In this document: positions 11,356-25,287 of the stretch, in pieces | How the letters are laid out: the number at the start of each line of letters is the position of its first letter | Position numbering within the stretch: position 1 is the first letter of the stretch | From: Octopus sinensis | Taxonomy: Eukaryota | Direction of reading: 5' to 3' | Assembly: GCF_006345805.1 (NCBI RefSeq) | Contig: NC_043000.1 | Coordinates: 115,568,001 to 115,632,000, forward strand | Length of the DNA: 64,000 bases | Position numbers and translations under genes: made by a program | Notes under the pieces: model-generated | The model's input: the letters and a program-made list of their open reading frames with translations, nothing else | What the model was told of the DNA's origin: nothing | The model's database searches: none

Positions 11356-11784
11356 TTCGTGCTTTTTTTTTTTTTTCTTTTTTTTTTTATTAAAATATTT
11401 CCTTATCTGTTTCGGTCGTTGGACTTCGGCCTTGCTGGAACAACTTTGTGAGGTGGTTACGTCGAGCAAACCGACTCAATATATTTTTGTGTAGAACTAT
11501 TCTATCGGTCTTTTTGCCGAAACGCCAAGTTAGGGGGACGTAAACAAACCAACACCCATTGTGAAGCGTTGGTAGGACGGCACACACAACGACACATATA
11601 CACAAAACGAGCTTTCACACAGCTTCTGTCTTTCCTACTCTAGGCACAGGGCCCGAAGTTTTGGGAGAGGGGGGTAGTCGACTAGATCGACACCAGTATG
11701 CAATTGGTACTTAATTTATCGACCCCGAAAGAATGAAAGGAAAAATCGAACATAAAAGAATACAAAATTTTTTTAAAAAGTATG

Positions 11785-11858
11785 TGGCCAGTATGGGGCT
11801 CGAACCCACGACATTCGCGTTATTAGCACGACGCTCTAACCAACTGAGCTAACCGGCC
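11785..11858 (-). tRNA. trnI-AAU: tRNA-Ile(AAT)
   Basis: Consensus sequence. Confidence 0.95.
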
Positions 11859-12115
11859 TTCGTTGTATTATTAATCATTTTGACATTGACGTCCTTATTG
11901 TGGTGAATGGCAGGAAAAGATAAACTGTTGAGAAGTATTTTGTTATTCTTCTTTACGCTGTGAGTTCAAATTCTACGAAAGTCGGCTTCAACAGATAGAG
12001 AGATCCTACCTGCGTACATAGCGTGCCGGACAGACACCTGTATATTCAGGGACCAATAGACGGATAGATATCTGTAAGCAGAGAGAAAGAGAGAGAGGGA
12101 GGGAGACGTAGGATT

Positions 12116-12150
<35 letters not shown>

Positions 12151-12677
12151 GAGGGAGATAAACAGACAGAGAGACAGATAGACAGATATAGATTGATAGA
12201 TAGAGACACACACAAAGGTTTCCGGGTTTTTCCTAAACACTGCATTATTCCGTCCCCGTTTCCTTACAATATCTTACATACTAACATATTCTCCTCTCCC
12301 CTCTAAATCCTACCTTATTCTACTTACCTCCTTTTCTTGCTCTCTCATGCTCTCCTCTTCCTGCTCCTGCTGCCCCTCTCCCTCCTGCTCTACTCCTCCT
12401 GCCCTTCCTCGTCCTACCCCCTCCACGTCCTGCTCCTCTTCCTCTTGCCCCACCTCGTCATCGTCGTCCTCATCCTTCAACATCTCTTCCACCTCCTCCA
12501 CCATCTCCTCTACCTCCTTCTCTCCTCCTCCTCCTCCTCAACCGCCACCACCCCTTGTCCTCATTCTAATCTTCCTCCACCGTCACCCCCCTATTTCCGT
12601 CTCTCACGCAATATCAAACAACTGGCGTAGTTTTAATTTCTTATGACTAAACTATTTAAGAACCTCTGTCTCAGCGT

Positions 12678-12771
12678 CTCGCGATAGCTCAGTTGGTAGA
12701 GCGGAGGACTGTAGTTTGTTATTTAAACGTCTGATATCCTTAGGTCGATGGTTCGAATCCGTCTCGCGAGA
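12678..12771 (+). tRNA. trnY-GUA: tRNA-Tyr(GTA), 21-nt intron, A50 variant
   Basis: Intact cloverleaf. Confidence 0.95.
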
Positions 12772-13360
12772 TTTGTGTTTATTTTTTAAAATTAAAATAT
12801 TTGTTTTATCCTTTGTTTGTTTCGTTCATTGGACTGCTGCCACGCTGCAAAAACTTCTTGAGTTGATTAAGTCGAGAAATCAAATTCGATATATTTTAAT
12901 TGGTCTATTGTGTATATACACCCGTATATACACAATAGGCTTCCACACAGTTTCCGTCCACCAGATTCACTGCCAAAGCATTGGTTCGATCGGGACGATA
13001 GAAGACGACGTTTATTCATAGTACGAACTTTGGGATTGAATGTGAAAGCAGGTGGTTGCAAAAGGAAGTCTTGGATTTAAAAAACAGCAGGTGGCGGTGA
13101 TGAAGATGGCTGCTGGTATCGTTGTTTTTTTGTTTGTTCTTTTTCTAATCAAAATAATTCTTTATTTTAATTTTTACGTGTTTCGAGTGTTGGACGGTCT
13201 TGATGGAACACCTTGAAGTGTTCAAGTCGAGCAAATACACTCTATATTTTTGTGTTGTATTTTTTATCGGTCGTTTTGCTGAAATGCTAGGTTACGGGGA
13301 CTTAAACAGAACAAATCCCGTTGTGAACCGTTTGGTGGGACGGTATACGCATTGACATTA

Positions 13361-13598
13361 GGGCGGCGAGCTGGCAGAATCGTTAGCACGCCGGACGAAA
13401 TGCTTAGCAGTATTTCGTCTGCCGCTACGTTCTGAGTTCAAATTCCGCCGAGGTCGACTTTGCCTTTCATCCTTTCGAGGTCGATAAATTAAGTACAAGT
13501 TACGCACTGGGGTCGATGTAATCTAATTAATCCGTTTGTCTGTCCTTGTTTGTCCCCTCTATGTTTAGCCTCTTGTGGGTAATAAAGAAATAGAAATA
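13361..13598 (+). mobile_element. SINE family M with ~16-bp TSD
   Basis: A-box-like TGGCAGAATCGTTAG, B-box-like GAGTTCAAATTC; ggtatacgcattgaca (13342) / ggtatacacattgaca (13599). Copies at ~20500, 29725, 31160, 32628, 33987. Confidence 0.8.
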
Positions 13599-13819
13599 GG
13601 TATACACATTGACAGATATACACCCATATATACACAACGGGCTTCCACACAGTTTCCGTCCACCAGATTCATTGCTAAAACATTGGCTCGATCGGGACTA
13701 TAGAAGACGACGCTTATTCATGGTACGAACTTTGGGATTGAATGTGAAAGCAGGTGGTTGCAAAAGGAAGTCCTTAACCATACAACCCTGCGCAAAAAGA
13801 ATGCAAGCTCAAAAAGCTG

Positions 13820-13893
13820 TAACGAGCATGGGGCTCGAACACACGACATTTGCGATATTAGCACGACGCACTAACCAACTGAGATAACCGACC
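13820..13893 (-). pseudogene. trnI-AAU: tRNA-Ile(AAT) pseudogene
   Basis: About 10 substitutions disrupting acceptor, D and T stems; same lesions at 20959 and 34435. Confidence 0.9.
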
Positions 13894-14067
13894 TTCGTTG
13901 GAGATAAACACTTTTAACATTGATGTCCTTATTTTGGTGAATGGCAGAAAAGCTTGAGCGTAGTATTTTGTTATTTGTCTTTGAGCTCTGAGTCCAAATT
14001 CTACGCAAGGAGGCTTCAACTTTGAAGAGAGACAGAGTGTCCTGTAACCATAAACAGACTGATAAAG

Positions 14068-14102
<35 letters not shown>

Positions 14103-14443
14103 GAGAGAGAGAGAGAGGAGAGAGGGGGATGGAGTGAAATAGAAAGACCGATTGAATGACAGATAGATAGATAGATAGAAAGGTTTACGAATTTATCCTA
14201 AACACTGCTATATTCCGTCTCCGTTTTCTTACACGTATTATATCATATTCCCTCCTCCCCTCTAAATCTTCCATTATTCCAGTTGCCTCCTCACCTGCCC
14301 CTCCACCACGTCGACGTCATCCTCCTCCCCTCCTCCTCCCCATCCTCCCTGTTTCTTTCTCTGACATTATATCAAAAAGCTGGTGTATTTTTAACTTCAC
14401 ATTTCTTAAGACTAAACTATTTTTAGATGTGGTGCCAGTATGT

Positions 14444-14537
14444 CTCGCGATAGCTCAGTTGGTAGAGCGGAGTACTGTAGTTTGTTATTTAAACGTCTGA
14501 CTTCCTTAGGTCAGGGGTTCGAATCCGTCTCGCGAGA
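14444..14537 (+). pseudogene. trnY-GUA: tRNA-Tyr(GTA) probable pseudogene
   Basis: G30>T, A38>T, G49>A, T51>G. Confidence 0.8.
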
Positions 14538-14734
14538 TTTGTGTTTATTTTTTTAATTAAAATATTTGTTTTATCCTTTGTTTGTTTTATCCTTTGTTTG
14601 TTTCGTTCATTGGACTGCGGTTCATTGGACTGCGTTCATTTTAATCGGTCTTTTTGCAGAAACAGACCAACACACATTGTGAAGCGTTGGTAGGACGGCA
14701 TACACAACGAGATTTCACACAGCTTCTGTCTTTT

Positions 14735-14920
14735 CTACTCTAGGCACAAAGCCCAAAATTTTGAGGGAGGGGGTCAGTCGATTAGTACTTAATGTATCGA
14801 CTCTGAGAAAATGAAAGACAAAGTCGACCTCGGAGGAATTTGAACTCAGAACGTAAAGACCGACGGAATACCTCTAAGCATTTCGCTCGGTGCGTTAACG
14901 ATTCTGCCAGATCACCGCCT
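14735..14920 (-). mobile_element. SINE family M (copy also at ~23455-23645)
   Basis: aaagtcgacctcggaggaatttgaactcagaacg core. Confidence 0.7.
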
Positions 14921-15080
14921 TAAAACAGATTCCGTCTACTAGATTCAGTGACGAGGAATTCGTTCGATCGGGGCTCTAGAAGACGACGATTATTCATGGT
15001 ACAAACTTTGGATTTGAACATGAAAGCTGTGGGAAGCACGCCAGCGCAAACATAAAAGATTGCAAACTTAAAAAGATATA

Positions 15081-15154
15081 TGGCCAGTATGGGGCTCGAA
15101 CCCACGACATTCGCGTTATTAGCACGACGCTCTAACCAACTGAGCTAACCGGCC
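15081..15154 (-). tRNA. trnI-AAU: tRNA-Ile(AAT)
   Basis: Consensus sequence. Confidence 0.95.
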
Positions 15155-16173
15155 TTCGTTGTATTATTAATCGTTTTGACTTTGACGTCCTTATTGTGGT
15201 GAATAGTAGAGGAAAAGATAAACCGTTGAGAAGTATTTTGTTATTCCTCTTTACGCTGGGAGTTGAAATTCTACGAAAGTTGGCTTCAACTTTAATTATT
15301 GTGGAGTTGTTAAAGTAAGTCAGCTAAGAGAATCAAGGGGGTGGGGTGTAATGCGGTTTCGCACCTCTCCTTGAAAAATGCATTTTTTGGAAAAGTTTTT
15401 CTTTTCAGATTCCTGCGTTTTAGATGTTGGGGATTACGAATATGCAAAAAAAAAAAAAATTTTAAGCCTCCCCAGGAGGAGGAGAGGCTGTAGGAGGACG
15501 GGCAGGAAGAAGACGGGCAGGAGCAGGAGGAGGGGAGGGGGAAGGAGGAGGAGGAGGAGCAAGAGGGGAAGTAAGAGGTTGAGGCAAGTGGAATAAGGGA
15601 TGATTTAGAGGGGAGGGGGAATACATTAGTATGTAAGATATGGAAGGAAATGGGGACGGAATATAGCAGTGTTTAGCAAAATCCCGGAAACCTTTGTCTC
15701 TCTATCTATCTATTTGTCTGTCTATCAGTCTATCTCTGTCTGTTTATCTCCCTCCTCATTCTCTCTCTCTCTATATATATATATATATCTCCCCGCTCCC
15801 CTCTCTCTCCCTCTCTCTGCATACAGATATCTACCTGTCTACTGGTCTCTGAATATACAGGTGTCTATCTGGCACTCTATCTACACAGGTATCTCGCTAT
15901 CTGTCTATACACAGGTATCCGTTTTTTGACCTGTCTTTGTACAGGTGTCTATATAGGTGTCTATCTAGCACTTTGTCTCTCTCTATATATATGTAGGTGT
16001 CTATCTGTCAACTTATTTCTCCATGTATATGGCAAGGTGCCTGTCTGTCTATCTGTCTGTCTGTCTGTCTCAGCACAGAGGTGTCTTGCTAATCAACCGT
16101 AGCATCAAATACCCATTTCGGATCTTTTTACGTGTCGTTCAGTGTAGCATGTATTCAGCTGTTTTTTTATTAC

Positions 16174-16282
16174 GGTACTACTTGAGAACAGTGGTCCCGG
16201 TGCGCGCACTCGCGTAGTCGCGCATCCGCGCTAGCTAGTCATGACTAGTCGATCTTTACTTTGTGTTTTTGTGTTTTATTTA

Positions 16283-16285
<3 letters not shown>
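16174..16285. mobile_element. half copy (one end) of MITE C at a rearrangement junction
   Basis: ggtactacttgagaacagtggtcccggtgcgcgcactcgcg... matches the reverse complement of 42050-42159. Confidence 0.75.
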
Positions 16286-16328
<43 letters not shown>

Positions 16329-16630
16329 CTCTCTCTCCTTCACGCACACATAATGTGGAGGCGGGAAAATATTTAAATTATAACAAGTTTATTATTATTA
16401 TTTTTTGGGCTTGTGAATGTTCCCAGAAATAAAAGAGTTCTGAGGGTTACATGGGACGTTTAAACAAGATTTCTGCCCTTTCAGGAAATCGATTACAATT
16501 AGCCGATTTACTTTAACAACTCCACCATGATTAAAGTTGAAAGCAATTTTCGTAGAATTTCAACTCACAGCGCAAAGAGGAATAAAATACTTCTCAACGT
16601 CAATGTCAAAATGATGGCTAACATAACGAA

Positions 16631-16704
16631 GGCCGGTTAGCTCAGTTGGTTAGAGCGTCGTGCTAATAACGCGAATGTCGTGGGTTCGAGCCCCATACTG
16701 GCCA
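16631..16704 (+). tRNA. trnI-AAU: tRNA-Ile(AAT), inverted orientation
   Basis: Consensus sequence on + strand. Confidence 0.95.
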
Positions 16705-17381
16705 TATCTTCTTTTTTCTTAAGCTTGCACTCTTTTATTTTCGACTTTTCCTTTCATTCTTTCAGGGTCAATAAATTAAGTACCAATTGCGTACTGGGGT
16801 CGATCTAACGCTTCACAATGGGCGTTGGTCTGTTTACGTCCCCGTAACTTGGCGTTTCGGCAAAAAGACTCAAAGAATAGTACTAAAGAAAAATATATTG
16901 GTGGAAGGGCTGATGCCTTGGGCATTGAGCAGAAATGTCGAGGCGATAGTGGTGGCTGATTTTGACATTGTTTAAAATTTAATCCTTTACTTGTTTCAAT
17001 CGTTGGTCTGTAGCCTTGTTGGAGCACCTTCTTGAAGTGGTCAAATCGAGCAAACCAAATCAATATTTTTTGTGTGGTAGTATCTTATCGGTCTTTTTGC
17101 CGAAATGCCAGGGACGTAAAGTGACTAACTCCCGTTACGAAGCGTTGGTGGGACGGCACACACATTGATAGACATACACGCATATATACACAGGGGGCTT
17201 CCAAATAGTTTCCATTTAGCAGATTCATTGGCAAGGCATTGGTTCGATCGGGACGATAGAAGACGTCGTTTATTCATGTTACGAATTTTGTGATCGAATG
17301 TGAAAGCAGGTGGTTGCAAACGGAAGTTCTTAACTATACAACCATACCTGCACAAAAAGAATGAAACGACAAAAAGCTACA

Positions 17382-17455
17382 TGGCCAGTATGGGGCTCGA
17401 ACCCACGACATTCGCGTTATTAGCACGACGCTCTAACCAACTGAGCTAACCGGCC
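17382..17455 (-). tRNA. trnI-AAU: tRNA-Ile(AAT)
   Basis: Consensus sequence. Confidence 0.95.
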
Positions 17456-17665
17456 GTCGTTGGACTTCAGCATTTTCAACATTGATGTCCTTATTGTGGT
17501 GAATGGCAGAAAAGATCTAGGTCGTTGGGTAGTATTTTGTTATATCTCTTCACGCTGAGATTTTAAAGTCTACGAAAGTCGGCTTCAACTTTGAGGAGAG
17601 ACAGAGTTGCCTGTAAGCGTAAATAAACCGATAAATGAACACCTGCATACAAATAGCTATAGAGC

Positions 17666-17717
<52 letters not shown>

Positions 17718-17794
17718 TTAGAGAGAGAGAGAGAGAGAGAGAGAACGGGTTGAGGGAGGGAAATAGAAAGACAGAGATTGAATGACAGACAAAC

Positions 17795-17865
<71 letters not shown>

Positions 17866-18090
17866 AAGGTTTCTGGGTTTTTCCTAAACACTGCTATACC
17901 TCGTCTCCGTTTCCTTACATATCTTACAAATTAACATACTCCCTCCTACCCTCTAAATCTTCCCTTATTCCACTTGCAGCCTCGTCCTCCTCCTCACTGT
18001 TTCCTTCTCGCACATAATACCAAAAAGCTGGCGTAGGTTTAACCTCAAATTTCTTGGGACTATACTATTTTAGAAACAGTATGTCCGTGT

Positions 18091-18184
18091 CTCGCGATAG
18101 CTCAGTTGGTAGAGCGGAGGACTGTAGTTTGTTATTTGAAGGTCTGACATCCTTAGGTCGGTGGTTCGAATCCGTCTCGCGAGA
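18091..18184 (+). tRNA. trnY-GUA: tRNA-Tyr(GTA), 21-nt intron
   Basis: Intact cloverleaf. Confidence 0.95.
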
Positions 18185-18585
18185 TTCATGTTTTTTTTTT
18201 TTAAATTAAAATATTTTTTTGCTTTACTTTCCACTTGTTCCGCTTGTAAGACTGCGGTCATGCTGGAACTATATTGTGGGGTGCATAACTTGAGCAAACT
18301 CGGTCACTTTCCGAAAATCCAAGTGATGGGTACGAAAACACAGTCACTCCAGTTGCCAAGTGTTGGTGGGACGGCATAAACTACGACACATATACACACA
18401 ACGGGATTCCATACAGTTTCCGTCTACCAGATTCACTGAGAAAGTATTGATTCGCAAGGAGATATAGAAGACGCTTATTCACGGTACGAACTGTGGGATT
18501 GAATGTGAAAGCAGATGGTTGCAAAGCGATGTTCTTAATTATACAAGCATACCTGTGCAAAAGAATAAAAATATAAAAAGGTAAG

Positions 18586-18659
18586 TGGCCAGTATGGGGC
18601 TCGAACCCACGACATTCGCGTTATTAGCACGACGCACTAACCAACTGAGCTAACCGGCC
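18586..18659 (-). tRNA. trnI-AAU: tRNA-Ile(AAT), A23>T D-stem mismatch
   Basis: One substitution versus consensus. Confidence 0.8.
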
Positions 18660-19026
18660 TCCTTCGAGAAGCCACCCGTCTTAACATTGACGTCATCATT
18701 GTGAGAATGGCTGAAAATCTAGATGGTTGGGTAGTATTTTGTTATTTGTCTTTATGCTGTGAGTTCAAATTCCACAAAAGTCGGTTTCTATTTTAATCAT
18801 TGTGGAGTTTTTTCAAGTAAGTAAACTAAGGGAATCAATATAATCGATTTCTCAAAAGGGCAGGGTTTCTTGTTTAAGGGTCCCATTTAACCCCGCAAAA
18901 TTCTTTTCTTTTTGGAACATTCACACGAAAAAATAACTTTTTGTAAATTCTTTCCCGCCTCCACACTGTGTGTGCGTGTGTGTTCGTATGAGAGAGATAG
19001 AGAAGGAGAGGGAGATAGAGAGGGAG

Positions 19027-19092
<66 letters not shown>

Positions 19093-19705
19093 TGAGAGAG
19101 AGAGTCTTCTAACACTGAAGTCGCCTGCGCAAGTTCATTCAACATTAATATTTGTGTCTCTGCCTCTGTATGTATTCCGAGCATGTGTGTATCTGTCTAT
19201 GTATCAATGTTTTCTTGAAATTCCAAGCTTCAGTCGGTGGATTTAAAAAAAACCGCAGGTGGCGGTGATGGTGATGGCTGGCGGTATCGCTGGAGCGTCG
19301 GACGAAATGCTTTGCCATTATTCACTTAGACGCATCTCGTTAAATTTTATGTTCAGAATTCAAATGACATGGAGATAACTTTCCTATACTTGCTCTGCTT
19401 CCGGAGTCGATGTAACAAAGTAATAAACAGCTAAATTCATGCTACAGAATACAACGAGTCTTTTAAAAAGATCCGATATGTAAAGTTAAAGCTAACGTTG
19501 ATTGGATAATAGTTGGGCAAGACACTCGTGTACTGAGACCGACAGAATAGACTGACTGGGAGAAAGAAGCTTACAGATAGACACCTTCATTTATAAATAG
19601 AGACGAATATGTAGATAGACACCCATATGAACACCTATACAAAGATAGATCAACAAACCTTTCATTTCTTATGACTAAATTATTTTAGAGGCGATGTTTC
19701 CGTGT

Positions 19706-19799
19706 CTGGACGATACCTTAGTTGGTGGAGCGGAGGATAGTAGCTTCTATTTAAACGTTTGACATCCTTAGGTCGGTGGTTCAAATCTTTCTCACGAGA
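19706..19799 (+). pseudogene. trnY-GUA: tRNA-Tyr pseudogene
   Basis: Acceptor, D arm, anticodon loop and T arm degenerate. Confidence 0.9.
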
Positions 19800-20958
19800 T
19801 ACGTATTTTTTTTTTTGTTGTTATTTTGAAAAATTAAAATAATTCTTTATTTTAACTTTTACTTGTTTCGATCGTTGGAGTACGGCCTTGCTGGAGCACC
19901 TTCTTCATGTGTTCATGTCGAGCAAACACACTCTTCATATTTTTGTGTGGTATTATTTCATCGGTCGATTTACCGAAATGTCAAGTTACGGGGACTTAAA
20001 CAGATCAACTGCCGTTGTGAACCGTTGGGTGTCACAGCATATACTTCGACGGATATACCCCCGTATATACACAATGGGCTTCCACACAGTTTCCGTCCAC
20101 CAGATTCACTGCCAAAGCATTGGTTCGATCGGGACGATAGAAGACGACGCTTATTCATAGTACGAACTTTGGGATTGAATGTGAAAGCAGGTGGTTGCAA
20201 AAGGAAGTCTTGGTTTTAAAAAACAGCAGGTGGCGGTGATGAAGATGGCTGCTGGTATCGTTGTTTTTTGGTTTGTTCTTTTTTTAATCAAAATAATTCT
20301 TTATTTTAACTTTTACGTGTTTCGAGTGTTGGACGGCCTTGATGGAACACCTTGAAGTGTTCAAGTCGAGCAAATACACTCTATATTTTTGTGTGGTATT
20401 TTTTATCGGTCGTTTTGCTGAAATGCTAGGTTACGGGGACTAAAACAGAACAAATCCCGTTGTGAACCGTTTGGTGGGATGGTATACGCATTGACATTAG
20501 GGCGGCGAGCTGGCAGAATCGTTAGCACGCCGGACGAAATGCTTAGCAGTATTTCGTCTGCCGCTACGTTCTGAGTTCAAATTCCGCCGAGGTCGACTTT
20601 GCCTTTCATCCTTTCGAGGTCGATAAATTAAGTACAACTTACGCACTGGGGTCGATGTAATCGAATTAATCCGTTTGTCTGTCCTTGTTTGTCCCCTCTA
20701 TGTTTAGCCTCTTGTGGGTAATAAAGAAATAGAAATAGATATACACATTGACAGATATACACCCATATATACACAACGGGCTTCCACACAGTTTCCGTCC
20801 ACCAGATTCATTGCTAAAGCATTGGCTCGATCGGGACTATAGAAGACGACGCTTATTCATGGTACGAACTTTGGGATTGAATGTGAAAGCAGGTGGTTGC
20901 AAAAGGAAGTCCTTAACCATACAACCCTGCGCAAAAAGAATGCAAGCTCAAAAAGCTG

Positions 20959-21032
20959 TAACGAGCATGGGGCTCGAACACACGACATTTGCGATATTAG
21001 CACGACGCACTAACCAACTGAGATAACTGACC
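20959..21032 (-). pseudogene. trnI-AAU: tRNA-Ile(AAT) pseudogene
   Basis: Same lesions as 13820 plus one. Confidence 0.9.
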
Positions 21033-21209
21033 TTCGTTGGAGATAAACACTTTTAACATTGATGTCCTTATTTTGGTGAATGGCAGAAAAGCTTGAGCGT
21101 AGTATTTTGTTATTTGTCTTTGAGCTCTGAGTCCAAATTCTACGCAAGGAGGCTTCAACTATGAAGAGAGACAGAGTGTCCTGTAAGCATAAACAGACTG
21201 ATAAAGAAC

Positions 21210-21261
<52 letters not shown>

Positions 21262-21394
21262 GAGAGTAGAGAGGGGGATGGAGTGAAATAGAAAGACCGA
21301 CTGAATGACAGATAGATAGATAGATAGAAAGGTTTACGAATTTATCCTTAACACTGCTATATTCCGTCTCCGTTTTCTTACACGTATTACATAA

Positions 21395-21790
21395 CCAGCA
21401 GTATCGCCCGGCGTTCCTCGGGTTGTAAGAGAAATAACTATATAAGCATTTTTAGAGAGTTATAGCCAAAAAATAGCAAAAAAATGTATTAAAAATTGAA
21501 AAAAAATTAAGGTAAATTTTTTTTTTAAATCGTTGACACATCGTAGATATTTTTAGAGAGTTACTTCCCTTATATAAAAGCGAAAAAAATGCATTAAAAT
21601 GGAAAAATATGATGGTTAATTTTTTTAAAATCGTAGACTCATCGTAGACGCGCGCTAGTACCCAGAAGGGCTCGATATGAATCACGACCATAAGATACCC
21701 GCTTTTGGTTAAACTGCACCGCAAAATGTGGGAGTAGTTACGAATCTAAATCGTAGAAGACAGACACACAACTTCACTCTTATATAAAGA
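21395..21790 (-). mobile_element. non-autonomous Helitron-like element
   Basis: On -: A|TCTTTATATAAG...hairpin cccgaggaacgccggg...CTGG|T (5' TC, 3' CTRR, A/T target, no TSD). Confidence 0.65.
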
Positions 21791-23184
21791 TGCTTTTTTT
21801 TTCAGTCATAGAGTTAGATTTATGAAGGTCTTAGTAGAAAATCCTTCGAATTCTGACTTGCTGCTTGATATAATGAAATTCGTATCCATTTTTTGTCAGA
21901 ATTACAAATTTTGAAAACACAATAGGAACAAATTTCGGAAAAAAATCTCCCATAATTCACGGAATTAAAATTACACTTCGATTTTTTGTACAAAACTGTA
22001 TTTGAAGTGTTTACGAAGTATAATACGTGTTTTCACGAATGTACTAAAGAGATTTACTCTGATATTCTCATTTAAATATGAATAGGTAAATTCAGGCGGT
22101 TGGTAACGAAAGGGTTAAACGGATGCATACATTTATTAATAACTATATATAAGTGTCGTCTGTTTATACATAAACACTGTTTCATACTGCAATTATATAT
22201 ACATATATCTATATATAATATTATATAATAAAATATATACAGAGTAAAATAAAAACCATTTACCTTTTCTGTATTGTTATAGCAATTCGACCGTCCGCGT
22301 GTCTTTGCAAATGTGTTGGAATGATAAGTGAGTTGTGTTTTGGCGCCTTTTTTACTAATAACAAACACACACGTGTTTGTATGTAGTTGTTTGAAACGTT
22401 TGTGTTTGCCACTCTCATATATGTATGTGTATGCGTGTGTGTGAGGAATGACACACACACACTCACGTACGCACACATGTACATCAATGCTTTCGGAGTG
22501 AAATGTTTAAAATATTGAGTTTTCTCGAATTTTGTCTTAATTGGTGGTAAAATGAAAGAAATTTTATGGCATCACCCACTGGAAGTACTCTGAAAAATCA
22601 TGAGTACACTCTAATTGAAGAAATTGTGTGAGGAGTAAATCGTTATGTATTATTTGTTCCGTTTGCTGTTTTTTTTTTTTTTTAGTAGTGGTTTAAGGTA
22701 CACTTCTCTCGTTTTATCGAATTAGTTTCACTTTAATCGCTGCAAACTTGCAAAGAGAAAGTCGTAGAAATGAGTGATAGCGTGAGTGAATGAGATCGCT
22801 CCCTTTTGTGTGTGTGTGTGTTTTCTCTAAATTTTGCTTAATTGGGGTTGAAATTTTAAAACTGGACTGGCATGACCCGATGCATTCTACTCTTAAAAAT
22901 GCTAGGTAAATTGTAATTGAAGAAATCCTATATTGCAGATTTCTATAAGTGACAAAGGGAGGCAGATAAAATCTGCCTTTTATAATAAGAGATATCATAT
23001 TCCCTCCTCCCCTCTAAATCTTCCATTATTCCAGTTGCCTCCTCACCTGCCACTCCACCACGTCGTCGTCATCCTCCTCCCCATCCTCCCTGTTTCTTTC
23101 TCTGACATTATATCAAAAAGCTGGTGTATTTTTAACTTCACATTTCTTAGGACTAAACTATTTTCAGAGGTGGTGTTGGTATGT

Positions 23185-23278
23185 CTCGCGATAGCTCAGT
23201 TGGTAGAGCGGAGTACTGTAGTTTGTTATTTAAACGTCTGACATCCTTAGGTCGGTGGTTCGAATCCGTCTCGCGGGA
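23185..23278 (+). tRNA. trnY-GUA: tRNA-Tyr(GTA), likely impaired (G30>T, A71>G)
   Basis: Shares T30 with 14444 copy. Confidence 0.65.
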
Positions 23279-23788
23279 TTTGTGTTTATTTTTTTAATTA
23301 AAATATTTGTTTTATCCTTTGTTTGTTTCGTTCATTGGACTGCGGTTCATTGGACTGCGTTCATTTTAATCGGTCTTTTTGCAGAAACAGACCAACACAC
23401 ATTGTGAAGCGTTGGTAGGACGGCATACACAACGAGATTTCACACAGCTTCTGTCTTTTCTACTCTAGGCACAAAGCCCAAAATTTTGAGGGAGGGGGTC
23501 AGTCGATTAGTACTTAATGTATCGACTCTGAGAAAATGAAAGACAGAGTCGACCTCAGAGGAATTTGAACTCAGAACGTAAAGACCGACGGAATACCTCT
23601 AAGCATTTCGCTCGGTGCGTTAACGATTCTGCCAGATCACCGCCTTAAAACAGATTCCGTCTACTAGATTCAGTGACGAGGAATTCGTTCGATCGGGGCT
23701 CTAGAAGACGACGATTATTCATGGTACAAACTTTGGGATTGAACATGAAAGCTGTGGGAAGCACGCCAGCGCAAACATAAAAGATATA

Positions 23789-23862
23789 TGGCCAGTATGG
23801 GGCTCGAATCCACGGCATTCGCGTTATTAGCACGACGCTCTAACCAACTGAGCTAACCGGCC
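23789..23862 (-). tRNA. trnI-AAU: tRNA-Ile(AAT), G53>A B-box / T-stem lesion
   Basis: GTGGATTCGA; also T47>C. Confidence 0.65.
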
Positions 23863-24873
23863 TTCGTTGTATAATTAATCATTTTGACATTGACGTCCTT
23901 ATTGTGGTGAATGGCAGGAAAAGATAAACTGTTGAGAAGTATTTCGTTATTCTTCTTTACGCTGTGAGTTGAAATTCTACGAAAGTTGGCTTCAACTTTA
24001 ATCATTGTGGAGTTGTTAAAGTAAGTCAGCTAAGAGAATCAAGGGGGTCGGGTGTAATGCAGTTTCGCACCTCTCCTTGGAAAATGCATTTTTTGGAAAA
24101 GTTTTTTTTTTCAGATTCCTGCGTTTTAGATGTCGGGGATTACGAATATGCAAAAAAAAAATTTTAACTCTCCCCAGGAGGAGGAGGGGCAGTAGGAGGA
24201 CGGGCAGGAAGAAGAGGGGCAGGAGCAGGAGGATGGGGAAGGGGAAAGAGGAGGAGGAGGTAAGTGGAATAAGGGATGATTTAGAGGGGAGGGGGAATAC
24301 GTTAGTATGTAAGATATGGAAGGAAACGGGGACGGAATATAGCAGTGTTTAGGAAAATCCCGGAAACCTTTGTCTCTCTATCTATCTATTTGTCTGTCTA
24401 TCAGTCTATCTCTGTCTGTTTATCTCCCACCTCCTCCTCTCTCTCTCTATATATATATATATATCTCCCGCTCTCCTCTCTCTACCTCTCTCTCTCCCTC
24501 TTACTCTCTCCCTCTCTCTGCATACATATATCTACCTGTCTACTGGTCTCTGAATGTACAGGTGTCTATCCGGCACTCTATCTACACAGGTATCTCGCTA
24601 TCTGTCTATACACAGGTATCCGTTTTTTGACCTCTCTTTGTACAGGTGTCTATAAGGGTGTCTACCTAGCGATCTGTCTCTCTCTATATATATGTAGGTG
24701 TCTATCTGTCAACTTATTTCTCCATGTATATGGCAAGGTGCCTGTCTGTCTATCTGTCTGTCTGTCTGTCTCAGCACAGAGGTGTCTTGCCAATCAACCG
24801 TAGCATCAAATACACATTTCGGATCTTTTTACGTGTCGTTCAGTGTAGCATGTATTCAGCTGTTTTTTATTAC

Positions 24874-24983
24874 GGTACTACTTGAGAACAGTGGTCCCGG
24901 TGCGCGCACTTGCGTAGTCGCGCATCCGCGCTAGCTAGTCATGACTAGTCGATCCTTACTTTGTGTTTTTGTGTTTTATTTAC
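24874..24983. mobile_element. half copy of MITE C at duplicated junction
   Basis: Near-identical to 16174-16285. Confidence 0.75.
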
Positions 24984-25287
24984 TCTCTCTCTCCTTCACG
25001 CACACATAATGTGGAGGCGGGAAAATATTTAAATTATAACAAGTTTATTATTATTTTTCTTTTTGGCTTGTGAATGTTTCCAGAAATAAAAGAGTTCTGA
25101 GGGTTACATGGGACGTTTAAACAAGATTCCTGCCCTTTCAAGAAATCGATTACATTTAGCCGATTTACTTTAACAACTCCACCATGATTAAAGTTGAAAG
25201 CAATTTTCGTAGAATTTCAACTCACAGCGCAAAGAGGAATAAAATACTTCTCAACGTCAATGTCAAAATGATGGCTAACATAACGAA

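Noticed and set aside
22095-22119. piggyBac-like end (cgaaaggg|ttaa)
   Set aside because: No partner end or second TTAA junction found, so it is not called as an element.
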